The notes: generated from the sequence alone by a model not told the origin. A stretch of DNA of 64,000 nt from Clostridium sp. 'White wine YQ' (GCF_028728205.1 NZ_JAQYUU010000001.1:421318-485317), one strand, 5' to 3'; counted from the first letter of the stretch, positions 18,966-29,289 are shown. Made by a program: numbers and translations.

Positions 18966-19931
18966 TTAGCTCTCCTTTCCTTTAGGTAATATTTTAGAAA
19001 ATATTTTAAAAGATATTTCTTTAGTTCCAAGTAATCCTTGAGGTCTAAATATCATTAATACTATTAATGCAATAGGATAGATGATATTCTTTAAGTCCTT
19101 TAACCCTCTTAAGTACTCTGGTAAGAATGTTAATATAATGGTTGCGAGTACTGAGCCTGATAAAGATCCCATTCCACCTAATACCACGAAAGTTAATATT
19201 TCTATTGACTTCATAAAGTCGAAGGATTGAGGTTGAATGAACATAGTATTATGTGCAAGAAGTCCGCCAGCAACACCAGCAAAGAATGCAGCTATGATAA
19301 ATGCCATAACTTTATATTTAAAGGTGTTAACTCCCATAGCTTCAGCAGCAATTTCATTTTCTCTAATTGAGATCATTGCTCTTCCTTGAGAAGAATGAAT
19401 TATATTATATATAACTAAAATAGTTAAAACCATTATAATAAATGCCCAAGTAAAATCTGTGTGTTTTGGTATTCTACTTAAACCCCTAGCACCACCTACA
19501 GCTTCAGTGTTCATAATTATTCCTTTAATTATTTCACCAAAGGCTAAGGTTGCAATAGCAAAGTAGTCTCCTTTTAATTTTAGAGTAGGAATACCAATAA
19601 CAAGAGATAGTAGTCCTGCAACCAATCCACCAACTAATAATACAACAATAAATGGAAGCTTATAGTGAATTGATAAATAAGCTGAAACATATGCACCAAT
19701 TACCATAAACCCGGCATGTCCTAATGCTAGCTGTCCGGTAAATCCAACAACTAAATTTAATGATGCCGCTAAAATTATATTAATACATACAAGTATTATG
19801 ATTCCGCCATAATAAGAGTTAATAATATGATTTTTCATTAAAATAGAAAGTACAAAATAGGTTACTATTAAAGAAACTAATATGATAATAGGTTTTAATT
19901 TTGAGTTTATATTATTCTTCATATTTTTCAC
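18966..19931 (-). CDS. livM: branched-chain amino acid ABC transporter permease
   Basis: 321-aa polytopic permease adjacent to livG. Confidence 0.8.
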   Translation of the reverse strand: MKNMKNNINSKLKPIIILVSLIVTYFVLSILMKNHIINSYYGGIIILVCINIILAASLNLVVGFTGQLALGHAGFMVIGAYVSAYLSIHYKLPFIVVLLVGGLVAGLLSLVIGIPTLKLKGDYFAIATLAFGEIIKGIIMNTEAVGGARGLSRIPKHTDFTWAFIIMVLTILVIYNIIHSSQGRAMISIRENEIAAEAMGVNTFKYKVMAFIIAAFFAGVAGGLLAHNTMFIQPQSFDFMKSIEILTFVVLGGMGSLSGSVLATIILTFLPEYLRGLKDLKNIIYPIALIVLMIFRPQGLLGTKEISFKIFSKILPKGKES

Positions 19932-20807
19932 CTACACTTTCTCTTTAGTCTTGTCCCCAAGTAAACCAGTAGGTTTAAATAGAAGAACAATTATTAATAA
20001 TCCAAAAGCTATAGCATCTGATAAAGATGTTGAAATATATGCTTTTGTTAGGGTTTCAGATATTCCCATAACTATTCCACCAAGTAATGCACCTGGTATG
20101 CTTCCTATTCCTCCAACAACAGCTGCAACGAAAGCCTTTAGACCAGGCATCATTCCCATATAAGGATCAACACTTGGATAAGCTATTGCAACTAAAACAC
20201 CTGCAATTCCAGCTAGAGCAGAACCTATAGCAAAGGTAAGAGAAATAATATTATTAACGTTTATTCCCATTAGGGAGGCAGCTTCCATATCTTGAGAAGC
20301 TGCTCTCATAGCTTTTCCAACCTTTGTTTTATATATTATATATTGAAGGAGTAATACAAGTAACGCAGATACCCCAAGCATTAATAGTATTTTCCCGTTT
20401 ATGTGTAGTGAACCAATATTTATAGTTCCTACTGGAAATAAATCAGGGAATGGTTTTGGATCAGGACCAACTAAAAACCTCATACCATGTTCAAGTAATA
20501 GAGAAACACCAATTGCTGTAATTAAAAGTGTTATTCTAGGTGAATTTCTTAGAGGTTTATAAGCAACCTTCTCGATTATAATACCTAGTAATGCTGCAGC
20601 TAACATTGACACAATTAAAGTTGGTATCAATGATAAGCCTAATTTTGTTGAGGCATAGAAGCCTGCAAAGGCTCCTGCCATAAAAATATCTCCGTGAGCA
20701 AAATTAATAAGCTTTATTATACCGTATACCATTGTATAACCTATAGCAAGGAGGGCATACACACTACCTAATGCCAAGCCATTTATTAATTGTTGTAAAA
20801 GCTCCAT
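19932..20807 (-). CDS. livH: branched-chain amino acid ABC transporter permease
   Basis: 291-aa permease; translationally coupled to livM. Confidence 0.8.
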   Translation of the reverse strand: MELLQQLINGLALGSVYALLAIGYTMVYGIIKLINFAHGDIFMAGAFAGFYASTKLGLSLIPTLIVSMLAAALLGIIIEKVAYKPLRNSPRITLLITAIGVSLLLEHGMRFLVGPDPKPFPDLFPVGTINIGSLHINGKILLMLGVSALLVLLLQYIIYKTKVGKAMRAASQDMEAASLMGINVNNIISLTFAIGSALAGIAGVLVAIAYPSVDPYMGMMPGLKAFVAAVVGGIGSIPGALLGGIVMGISETLTKAYISTSLSDAIAFGLLIIVLLFKPTGLLGDKTKEKV

Positions 20808-20830
20808 ATTATACTCCTCCTAATGTAATA

Positions 20831-21976
20831 TTAAGGTTGAACCTTATCTACTAAAGTCTTCTTATCTCCATCTACTTTAATAATTACTGCTCCTTTAACT
20901 GCAGTTCTGTCAGCATCGAAAGTAACTTTTCCAGTAACTACTTGTAGATCTGTTTTTAATAATTGTTCTCTTATTTTATCTCCATCAGTTGAATTAGCTG
21001 CTTCGATTGCTTTAACTAAAATCTTAGCTGAATCATATGCTAATGCAGCAAATGCATCTGGATCCTTGCTGAATTTCTTTTTGTAAGCACTAACAAAATC
21101 AGAAACATTTTTATCAGTATCTTGAGTGTAATAGTGATTTAAGTAAAGAGCTCCATTTACAGCTGTTCCACCTATCTTAGTAAGATCTTGAGATTCCCAG
21201 CCATCTCCACCTAATAATTGAGCATTTATTCCCATATCTTTTGCTTGTTTAGCAATAAGACCAACAACATTATAGTAATCAGGAAGAACTAAAACGTCTG
21301 GGTTAGAAGCCTTGATTTTTGTTAACTGTGCATTGAAGTCTTTATCACTGTCATTGTAAGTTAAGAATTCAGCTACAGTACCACCATTTTTCTCAAGTTC
21401 AGCTTTGTATGCATCAGCTATACCCTTAGAGTAGTCAGATGCAACGTTATATAATACAGCTGCCTTTTTCTTCTTTAATGTATCAGTAGTATATTTAGCA
21501 AGGATTTTACCTTGATATGAGTCTATAAAACATCCTCTAAATACAAAATCTCCACCGTCTTTAGTTATGTTTGGCTCAGTTGAAGATGGTGTAATCATTG
21601 GAATTGATTTTGATGTAGCTAAAGGTCCTACAGCTTTAGAAGCACCAGATGTTACAGCACCTAGAATTGCAGTAACCCCTTCATCATCTACAAGTTTATT
21701 GAAAGCTTGTATAGCTTTATTTGGATCAGCTTCATCATCTTCAAATACGAATTGTACTTTCTTGCCGTTAATTCCACCAGCATTATTAATTTCGTCTTGA
21801 TATAGCTCGGCCCCTTCTTTAACAGATTGACCGTATGTGGAAGCCTTACCAGTTAAAGGACCAATTCCACCTATCTTAATAGTGTCTCCACCTTCTGATT
21901 TTTTGGATGAACATCCAGTAAACGCTGCAGCAACTACCAAAGTAGCCATTACAGTTGCAAGAATCTTTTTCTTCAT
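20831..21976 (-). CDS. branched-chain amino acid ABC transporter substrate-binding lipoprotein (LivJ/K family)
   Basis: MKKKILATVMATLVVAAAFTGCSS lipobox start with GGGGGA RBS at 21976. The track ORF starts 19 codons earlier with no RBS. Confidence 0.8.
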   Translation of the reverse strand: MKKKILATVMATLVVAAAFTGCSSKKSEGGDTIKIGGIGPLTGKASTYGQSVKEGAELYQDEINNAGGINGKKVQFVFEDDEADPNKAIQAFNKLVDDEGVTAILGAVTSGASKAVGPLATSKSIPMITPSSTEPNITKDGGDFVFRGCFIDSYQGKILAKYTTDTLKKKKAAVLYNVASDYSKGIADAYKAELEKNGGTVAEFLTYNDSDKDFNAQLTKIKASNPDVLVLPDYYNVVGLIAKQAKDMGINAQLLGGDGWESQDLTKIGGTAVNGALYLNHYYTQDTDKNVSDFVSAYKKKFSKDPDAFAALAYDSAKILVKAIEAANSTDGDKIREQLLKTDLQVVTGKVTFDADRTAVKGAVIIKVDGDKKTLVDKVQP

Positions 21977-22184
21977 AAATAAATCCCCCTTAAGTTTTAA
22001 AATTTCAATTTGATAAATTATCAACAAAATCAATGTAAGTTGATTAATTAAATAAATATATTTAAAAATCGTTATTGATATATTAACACAATGCTTATTA
22101 AATTACAATATGATATTTTTAAATATTTTCAGAATAATATTAAAATTTGCATAATAAAAATGTTGTATTTTATATAAGCGTTTA

Positions 22185-22288
22185 CTATAGGGTTTTAAGT
22201 TCAACTAATAACTATTCATGCCTGAAAATGTCTAGAAACTGACATTTTCAAACAAGAATAAGTTAAGTTTCCTATAGAAAACCCTATG
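22185..22288. promoter_or_regulatory. nested inverted repeats between the divergent liv operon and a small membrane protein gene
   Basis: Outer arms ATAGGGTTTT (22187-22196) and AAAACCCTAT (22278-22287). Inner perfect palindrome TGAAAATGTC-N8-GACATTTTCA (22223-22250). The outer-arm motif recurs at 29250-29289. Confidence 0.4.
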
Positions 22289-22356
22289 TTTTCACCTACG
22301 TAAGCTTATGTGAATATTATATAAGGAAAAGAAAATATCAAAGGAGGAAGAGAAGT

Positions 22357-22695
22357 ATGGATAAATCTAGATTTAAAAATTATGGTTTGTGGGTAGCTAT
22401 ATTTGCATTGATTCCCTTAATACTACAAGGATTTGGACTAGATATACTTCCTAAGAATTATCAAGAAATTGTTTCAGGCATATTAGGCATACTAGTTATG
22501 GCTGGTATATTAAATAATCCAACAACAGAAAACAAAGGATTCTTAGACGATAAGACTAGTTCAGCAACTACTCCAACTACTAACAGTACTACAACCAATA
22601 ATACTACCGGAACAACAAGTACTACTGCATCTTCAGGAGAATTTGATCAAATTACTCAAGATACTATAGATAGAGAAAATTCTCAAGGACGATAA
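22357..22695 (+). CDS. small membrane protein with a Thr/Asn-rich C-terminal tail
   Basis: AGGAGG RBS; two TM helices then a low-complexity T/N/S tract. Confidence 0.4.
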   Translation: MDKSRFKNYGLWVAIFALIPLILQGFGLDILPKNYQEIVSGILGILVMAGILNNPTTENKGFLDDKTSSATTPTTNSTTTNNTTGTTSTTASSGEFDQITQDTIDRENSQGR

Positions 22696-22734
22696 TAGAA
22701 GTTAAGTAATTTAAGATAAGAGTAAAAAAGAAAT

Positions 22735-22775
22735 GAGTAGAATGCAAAACAAAGCATTCTACTCACATTTTTATC
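22735..22775. terminator. bidirectional terminator
   Basis: GAGTAGAATGC aaaacaaa GCATTCTACTC 11-bp stem with a T-run. Confidence 0.6.
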
Positions 22776-23608
22776 TATAAATTATAATAAGCTTTTTTAA
22801 AAGCATTTAGCATATCTTCAGGGATTTCAGTAATTCCTAAATCACCATGTTTAGTGTCTCCATGAAGATCTCCATGAAAGTCTCCGCCAGCAGATACTAA
22901 AAGATTCTTTTCTGCACATAGCTTAATGAGCTTCTTAGTTTGCTCACTTTTGTTTTGAAAATAAATTGCCTCAAAACCATCAAAGTCAAACTCAGTAAAA
23001 TCTTTTATTGGAGTCTTTCTTATTAGAATAGGATGAGCTAGAAATACTAAAGCATTATATTTTTTAAGTAGGGCTATTCCTTCAGGAACAGTTATCTTTT
23101 TATTTTCTACATAAGCAGGACTTTTATTTGAAATAAACTTATCGAATATTTCATCTTTAGTGTAGGGGTATCCACTTGCAATTATTTCATCAGCAATATG
23201 AGGTCTAGCAATAACACCTTTGCCTCTCTTTAAAACATTATCGTAAGAAATTTCAATATTAAAATACTTTTTTAAGTTTTCTACAATCTTTCTTCCCCTG
23301 TTAACTCTGTGGTCTTTCAATGAAAGTAAAAAATCAAGTAATTCTTTATTTTTATAACTGTCATCTTTAAAGAATCCTAGCATATGAATAGATTCTCCAT
23401 TATGTACAGTTGAAAGTTCTATACCAGGAATAAATTCTAAGGATAATTCTTTAGCAATAGTAGAAGCTTCTTCCAAAGAATCAACGGTATCATGATCAGT
23501 AATTGCAAGCATCGTTGAACCATTTTCTTTAGCCCTTGTAATTAATTCTCTTGGGGTAAGTCTTCCATCAGAAGCTATTGTATGGGTATGCATATCAACT
23601 TTTATCAT
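22775..23608 (-). CDS. PHP-family metal-dependent phosphoesterase (TrpH/YciV-like)
   Basis: MIKVDMHTHTIASDG N-terminal PHP motif; 277 aa. Confidence 0.75.
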   Translation of the reverse strand: MIKVDMHTHTIASDGRLTPRELITRAKENGSTMLAITDHDTVDSLEEASTIAKELSLEFIPGIELSTVHNGESIHMLGFFKDDSYKNKELLDFLLSLKDHRVNRGRKIVENLKKYFNIEISYDNVLKRGKGVIARPHIADEIIASGYPYTKDEIFDKFISNKSPAYVENKKITVPEGIALLKKYNALVFLAHPILIRKTPIKDFTEFDFDGFEAIYFQNKSEQTKKLIKLCAEKNLLVSAGGDFHGDLHGDTKHGDLGITEIPEDMLNAFKKAYYNL

Positions 23609-23820
23609 AGGTTTCTCCTTTCAGAATTAATAAATTAAATATATTTTATATCATTTTCGGGTTATATAATAGTAAAATAAGAAAAAAAGAGAACAATATC
23701 TTTAATGATAGTAGTATTGTCAGGTGGAATAGAAAGTAAAAAAATATATTAAAGGAACTAAAACTAATGATATAATTAATAGATATAATAGATATCTAAG
23801 CACATATGGAGGTAAAACGG

Positions 23821-24378
23821 ATGGTTGATAAAATTAAAATACAAGATGCAGTAAGGATGATTTTAGAGGCTATTGGAGAAGATCCAGATAGAGAAGGTCT
23901 TAAGGATACTCCACTCAGAATAAGCAAAATGTATGAAGAGATATTTTCAGGTATTGGAGAAACGGCTGAAAAATATTTAGATAGAACTTTTACTGCTGAG
24001 AGAGATGATTTAGTAATAGAGAAGGATATTACATATTATTCCATGTGTGAACATCACTTAGTTCCATTCTTTGGCAAGGTACATATAGCATATATTCCAA
24101 ATGGAAAAGTTGCAGGACTTTCAAAGCTTGCTAGAACTGTAGAGGTTTATGCTAAAAAACCACAATTGCAAGAAAGACTAACTGCTGAAATCGCAGATGC
24201 CATGATGGAATATTTAAAACCAAAAGGCGTGATGGTTATTATAGAAGGGGAACATATGTGTATGACCATGAGAGGTGTTAAAAAGCCTGGGACCAAGACA
24301 GTTACTACTTCTTATAGAGGTGATTTTGAAGAAAATGTTGACCTTAGAAGAGAGGTAAGAGAGCTGATTAATGGATAG
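23821..24378 (+). CDS. folE: GTP cyclohydrolase I
   Basis: Has the CEHHLVPF catalytic motif. GGAGGT RBS supports the ATG at 23821; the track start at 23806 lies within the RBS. Confidence 0.9.
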   Translation: MVDKIKIQDAVRMILEAIGEDPDREGLKDTPLRISKMYEEIFSGIGETAEKYLDRTFTAERDDLVIEKDITYYSMCEHHLVPFFGKVHIAYIPNGKVAGLSKLARTVEVYAKKPQLQERLTAEIADAMMEYLKPKGVMVIIEGEHMCMTMRGVKKPGTKTVTTSYRGDFEENVDLRREVRELING

Positions 24379-24847
24379 AGTAAATGAAATCTTGAATAGC
24401 AGAGAATATAGAGCTCTATTAGATAAAATTGAGCTGTTAGAAAAGGATAGACTATACTGCAAACATAATCTTGAGCATTTTTTGAATATGGCAAGGATAT
24501 GTTACATAATTAATTTAGAAAGAAATCTTGGATTTTCAAAAGAAATAATTTATATTATTGGACTTCTCCATGATATAGGAAGAGGAGAACAATATGAAAA
24601 AGGAACTCCTCATAATGAAGCTTCATATGAAATAGCTAAAAGTTTCTTAGATAGAATTAACTTTTCATTGGAAGAAAAAGAGCTTATTAAAGAAGGTATA
24701 TTAGGGCATAGAAGAATAGAGAAAACTTCTCTTATAGCTAGTCTTATATATGAAGGGGATAAACTATCTAGAGAATGTTATAATTGTAATGCTACTCTTG
24801 GATGCAATTGGGATGATAGTAAGAAGAATTTAGAAATAAAGTACTAA
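24371..24847 (+). CDS. HD-domain phosphohydrolase embedded in the folate operon
   Basis: H...HD...D signature (LLHDIG, GHRR); overlaps folE by 8 nt and is followed 13 nt later by folP. Confidence 0.7.
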   Translation: MDRVNEILNSREYRALLDKIELLEKDRLYCKHNLEHFLNMARICYIINLERNLGFSKEIIYIIGLLHDIGRGEQYEKGTPHNEASYEIAKSFLDRINFSLEEKELIKEGILGHRRIEKTSLIASLIYEGDKLSRECYNCNATLGCNWDDSKKNLEIKY

Positions 24848-24859
24848 AGGGGCGATAAA

Positions 24860-25672
24860 GTGAAAATAGGTAATAAAGAATTTGATTTAGGGAAAAGGAC
24901 ATATATTATGGGTATACTCAATGTTACTCCAGATTCTTTTTCTGATGGTGGAAAATATAATAATTTAGAACAAGCCTTAAAGCAAGGAGAAAAGTTAATA
25001 GCTGAAGGTGCTGATATTATTGATATAGGAGGGGAATCTACTAGGCCAGGTGCTATGTATGTAACTGCAGAGGAAGAAATAAATAGAGTAGTTCCTATAA
25101 TAAAAGCATTAAAAGAAAAACATGATATTATTATATCAATTGATACTTATAAAGCAGAAGTTGCAGAAGCAGCAGTTAAAGCAGGAGCAGACTTAATAAA
25201 TGATGTTTGGGGCTTTAAAAAAGATAAGGATATGGCAATTGTGGCTGCAAAGTATGGAGTTCAGTGTTGCCTTATGCATAATAAGGACAATAAGGAATAC
25301 ACTGACGTAATTGAAGATATGAAGAAGGAACTTCAAGAATCGGTTGAAATTGCATTAAAAGCAGGAGTTAAAAAAGAAAATATTATTTTAGATCCAGGAA
25401 TAGGCTTTGCAAAAACATTAGAAAACAATATTGAGGTTATGGATAGATTAGAGGAATTACTAACACTAGGTTATCCAATGCTTTTAGCTACTTCAAGAAA
25501 ATCTATGATAGGACTAACTCTAGATCTTCCACCAGAGGAAAGAGTGGAGGGTACTGTAGCTACAACTGTAGTTGGAATAATGAAGGGTTACGATTTTGTG
25601 AGAGTTCATGATGTTAAGGAAAATAAAAGAGCTGCACAAATGACTGATGCTATAGTTAGGAGAAATAAATAG
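24860..25672 (+). CDS. folP: dihydropteroate synthase
   Basis: TYIMGILNVTPDSFSDGG N-terminal pterin-binding block; GTG start with a G-rich RBS. Confidence 0.9.
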   Translation: MKIGNKEFDLGKRTYIMGILNVTPDSFSDGGKYNNLEQALKQGEKLIAEGADIIDIGGESTRPGAMYVTAEEEINRVVPIIKALKEKHDIIISIDTYKAEVAEAAVKAGADLINDVWGFKKDKDMAIVAAKYGVQCCLMHNKDNKEYTDVIEDMKKELQESVEIALKAGVKKENIILDPGIGFAKTLENNIEVMDRLEELLTLGYPMLLATSRKSMIGLTLDLPPEERVEGTVATTVVGIMKGYDFVRVHDVKENKRAAQMTDAIVRRNK

Positions 25673-25676
25673 TATT

Positions 25677-26498
25677 ATGGATAAATTATATGTAAGAGAT
25701 TTAGAGGTATTTGCCTTCCATGGTGTGTTTGAGGAAGAGAAAAAATTAGGTCAAAAGTTTTTAATATCCTTAGAACTTTCTTTAGATTTAAAAACTCCAG
25801 GAAGAACTGGTGACTTAACTGCTTCAGTACATTATGGAGAATTATCACAAAGGGTTGAGCAGGAATTTAATAAAATAAGCTATGATTTAATTGAAACAGC
25901 CTGCAATAAAATTAGTGAATTTGTGCTTATAAATTATCCTTTAGTTAAGGAAATAAAGGTATCTGTTAAGAAGCCTTGGGCACCTATACATAGAAACTTA
26001 GATACAGTTGAAGTTGAAATCACTAGAAAAAGAAGTAGGGCAGTGCTATCATTAGGTTCAAACCTAGGCGATAAAGAAGAAAATTTAAAAAAAGCTATAG
26101 AAATAATAGATGAGCATGATTTATGCAAAGTATTAAAGACTTCAAGTTTTATAAAGACAGAGCCTTGGGGTTACACAGAGCAAGAAGAATTTTTAAATTG
26201 TGCAATAGAAATTGAAACCATGCTATCACCTAGTGAATTAATGGATTTCTTATTACATATAGAACAAAAATTAAAAAGAGAGAGAGTAATTAAATGGGGA
26301 CCTAGAACACTAGATATAGACATAATTTTTATGGATGAAATAGTATCAAATGATGAACATGTAATATTACCTCATCCAAGAATGCATCAAAGATTATTTG
26401 TACTAGAACCAGTAAATGAAATATGTCCATTTTATTTACACCCATTAATGAACAAAAGAGTATTTGAACTTTTAGAAATAGCAAAAGAAACTCCTTAG
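25677..26498 (+). CDS. bifunctional dihydroneopterin aldolase / HPPK
   Basis: N-terminal FolB block (LYVRDLEVFAFHGVFEEEKKLGQKF) and C-terminal FolK block (SLGSNLGDKEENL, WGPRTLDIDI). Confidence 0.85.
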   Translation: MDKLYVRDLEVFAFHGVFEEEKKLGQKFLISLELSLDLKTPGRTGDLTASVHYGELSQRVEQEFNKISYDLIETACNKISEFVLINYPLVKEIKVSVKKPWAPIHRNLDTVEVEITRKRSRAVLSLGSNLGDKEENLKKAIEIIDEHDLCKVLKTSSFIKTEPWGYTEQEEFLNCAIEIETMLSPSELMDFLLHIEQKLKRERVIKWGPRTLDIDIIFMDEIVSNDEHVILPHPRMHQRLFVLEPVNEICPFYLHPLMNKRVFELLEIAKETP

Positions 26499-26550
26499 GG
26501 GGTTAGAAACTCCTTAGGGGGTTAGAAACTCCTTAGGGAGTTTCTTTTTG
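26487..26550 (+). repeat. 19-nt tandem repeat (GAAACTCCTTAGGGGGTTA x2) plus a third diverged copy forming the terminator hairpin GAAACTCC TTAG GGAGTTTC
   Basis: Seen directly; the first copy contains the folB-folK stop codon, and the last copy plus TTTTTG forms a terminator. Confidence 0.65.
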
Positions 26551-26653
26551 TTTGCTATTGAGATTAAAATAAGCTTTATGATTTTAGCATAAAATATATA
26601 ATATGTTAAAGACTATAACATATAAAGTATTTTACTAAGGAAGGTGAATTTAC

Positions 26654-27691
26654 ATGAGTGAAGCATTGCGCATCAAAGGAATTAATTACGATGTAGGAAC
26701 TTATACTGATGGAAAAGATAATTCCTCAAGGGATAAGTTTGATTCTAATATTGTTAAACGAGAGATGGAGATAATAAAGAATGACTTGCATTGTAATGCA
26801 GTTAGAATTTCAGGCTATGATTTATATAGATTAACTACAGCTGCAAAATATGCTTTAGAGAATGACTTGCAGGTTTGGTTTTCGCCAGCAATCATAGATG
26901 AGAATGAAGAAGAAACTCTAGAGTACTATGAAAAGTGTGCTGAAGAAGCTGAAAAACTAAGGGAATCTCAAGATGATATTGTTTTTGTTGCAGGTTGTGA
27001 ACTTACCTTCTTTATGGATGGACTGGTATTAGGAGACACTGCATTTGAGAGGATAGGAACATTTATGAAACCTATGAAGCTTCTAAAAAGTACTCTTTCT
27101 AACGGTTCCTTTAATAAAAATCTAAATAATTACTTATCAAAAGCAACAGATGTTATTAAAGGCAAGTTTAATGGAAAGATAACCTATGCTTCTGGCCCTT
27201 GGGAGGATGTAGATTGGGATCTATTTGATATGGTATGTATAGACTATTATATGGATAAAAACAATAAAAACTCATACAGAAAAGGATTGAAAAAATATTA
27301 TAAACATAAAAAACCTGTGATAATAACAGAGTTTGGGTGCTGCACTTATGAAGGAGCAGAAGATAAAGGAGGTTATGGCTGGGCTATTGTAGATAAAAGT
27401 AAAACTCCTCTAGAGATAAGTGGAGATTATAAAAGAGATGAGAGTATTCAGGCAAAATATATAAAGGACTCATTAGATATTTTTTGTGAAGAAGATGTAG
27501 AAGGGGCTTTTGTATTTACTTTTATAAGTGGAAACTATCCTCATAAAGAAGAGCCTCTATATGATTTAGATATGGCAGCTTACGGCATTGTTAAAAGTTA
27601 TGAAGATAAGCTTGGAAATGTTTATAAGGATATGCCATGGGATCCTAAGGCTTCCTTTAATATGATATCAGAATATTATTCAATGATATAA
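26654..27691 (+). CDS. hypothetical TIM-barrel glycoside-hydrolase-like protein (GH-A clan signature ITEFG)
   Basis: A KPVIITEFGC nucleophile-like motif late in the protein; no signal peptide; 345 aa. Confidence 0.4.
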   Translation: MSEALRIKGINYDVGTYTDGKDNSSRDKFDSNIVKREMEIIKNDLHCNAVRISGYDLYRLTTAAKYALENDLQVWFSPAIIDENEEETLEYYEKCAEEAEKLRESQDDIVFVAGCELTFFMDGLVLGDTAFERIGTFMKPMKLLKSTLSNGSFNKNLNNYLSKATDVIKGKFNGKITYASGPWEDVDWDLFDMVCIDYYMDKNNKNSYRKGLKKYYKHKKPVIITEFGCCTYEGAEDKGGYGWAIVDKSKTPLEISGDYKRDESIQAKYIKDSLDIFCEEDVEGAFVFTFISGNYPHKEEPLYDLDMAAYGIVKSYEDKLGNVYKDMPWDPKASFNMISEYYSMI

Positions 27692-27715
27692 AAACAAAAA
27701 CCTTTAGATTTTACT

Positions 27716-28474
27716 CTAAAGGTTTTTCTTATAGTACTCAAAGGCTGTTTCAATTTTAAAGCCGCATTTTTGGTAAAGGTTAAATGCTTTATCATTGTCG
27801 CTGTCAACTTCTATGGCAATTTTTTTGAGGTTTCTTTTAATTAATTCATTTAAGACGGAATAAACTAAGTCTTTGCCATATCCTTCACCTTGATACATTG
27901 GAGATATTCCAAGACCATTTATCATTGCTTCATTATTCTCAAATCTTACGGAACACATACCTATATAATTTCCATCTACTTCTGCTAAGAATTGCTCTCT
28001 ATCTTCAGCATTAAATACTTTTGTTGCAATACTTTTTGATTCTTCATAATTTTCGTCAAATATATCTTCGCCTAGAGAGATAAGTGTTGGAATATCATCA
28101 ATTGTAGGGGAAGATAATTTCATTGAACTTAAAATTTTGTTTTCAGCATGATTAAAATCATATGTGAGTGAGTATTCAGTAAAAGTATATTTTGCACCTA
28201 GTTTTTTTATAATGTCTTTTGAAACTATGCATTGTGCCTCGCAAGTAAAAAGTATTCTTTTTACTTTATATTTCTTAAGTTCACTAGTAACAGAGATTTG
28301 TAATTCTCTAAAATATCCCCTGTTCCTATAATCAGGATGGGTGTAGGCTGAAAGTTCAGCTTCATATCTTGTAGGAATAAAAATGTTAATTAAGCTTACT
28401 AATTGATTATCTTCGTAAGCCAAAAAAGTAGTTTTTATATCCTTACTAAAGTTTAGAGAATTATCAAGAAACAT
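27716..28474 (-). CDS. GNAT-family N-acetyltransferase
   Basis: RNRGYFRELQ and QGEGYGKDLV acetyl-CoA binding-like motifs in two halves. Confidence 0.65.
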   Translation of the reverse strand: MFLDNSLNFSKDIKTTFLAYEDNQLVSLINIFIPTRYEAELSAYTHPDYRNRGYFRELQISVTSELKKYKVKRILFTCEAQCIVSKDIIKKLGAKYTFTEYSLTYDFNHAENKILSSMKLSSPTIDDIPTLISLGEDIFDENYEESKSIATKVFNAEDREQFLAEVDGNYIGMCSVRFENNEAMINGLGISPMYQGEGYGKDLVYSVLNELIKRNLKKIAIEVDSDNDKAFNLYQKCGFKIETAFEYYKKNL

Positions 28475-28644
28475 CTCTCCACTTAATTTATCATATGTTT
28501 TGCAGACATGTTCTAATTCTCTAATAGATTTAATTATAGCTTTATCTAATGTATTTAAAGTTTTTATAAACAGAAAAATCCCTACCTTCCAAATAACTTA
28601 TTTATATAATAACACATTCTGACAACTATTTGAGTATTCTAGCC

Positions 28645-29115
28645 TTATTTTATATAGTGCTTACATAAAGAGATAAGCTTTTGTCCAGGTGGAATACTTA
28701 ATTCACTTAAAACATCTTCATCAAAAACTCCATCCCAAGGGGCAATGGTTATGATTTCATTTTCATAGACCTTTAAAAGATATTTACTATTTTTAATTGT
28801 TACAAACACTTTATATAAACATCTTTTAGTTTTATCTACCGAAGCTTCTTTGTAGTATTCAGGATGTATTGAGTTAACGAAGTCTATAAATGATTTGTTT
28901 TCTTCTTTAGGAATTTGTTTCTCTTTATAAAAATTAGTATCAAGTATCGATACTTTAAAATCATCGCTATCACTTAATTTGTCCTTTAACTCTTGAGTAT
29001 AATATTGTTCTGATGGCTTGGACTCAAGATTTATGTATTTAGGATCTTTAAGAGCACAACCACTTAGTAAGAAAATTAATGAGCAGGCTAAAAATGCTGC
29101 CAGAACTTTTTTCAT
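28645..29115 (-). CDS. lipoprotein
   Basis: MKKVLAAFLACSLIFLLSGC lipobox. Start moved to the internal ATG at 29115; the track ORF extends 39 codons upstream. Confidence 0.55.
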   Translation of the reverse strand: MKKVLAAFLACSLIFLLSGCALKDPKYINLESKPSEQYYTQELKDKLSDSDDFKVSILDTNFYKEKQIPKEENKSFIDFVNSIHPEYYKEASVDKTKRCLYKVFVTIKNSKYLLKVYENEIITIAPWDGVFDEDVLSELSIPPGQKLISLCKHYIK

Positions 29116-29249
29116 GAAAATCACTCCTTTTTTTGCTTCATTATAATTTATTAAATGGTTATACACCTTAGAACCTTTTAAGGGTAATAACATACAATAA
29201 TAAAAAGTGTAAATAGCTTTTGAAACATTCATTGCTGTTTACACTTTTC

Positions 29250-29289
29250 TATAGGGTTTTAAGTTCAACTATTAACTTAAAACCCTATA
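29250..29289. promoter_or_regulatory. perfect 16-bp inverted repeat TATAGGGTTTTAAGTT-N8-AACTTAAAACCCTATA in a divergent promoter region
   Basis: Seen directly; same arm sequence as at 22185. Sits 33 nt upstream of the 29322 start codon. Confidence 0.5.

Noticed and set aside
22034-22356. T-box leader upstream of the liv operon
   Set aside because: Searched both strands for the T-box consensus (AATTAGGGTGGTACCGCG or its reverse complement) and for a specifier-loop architecture; not present. Only the palindromes reported above were seen.
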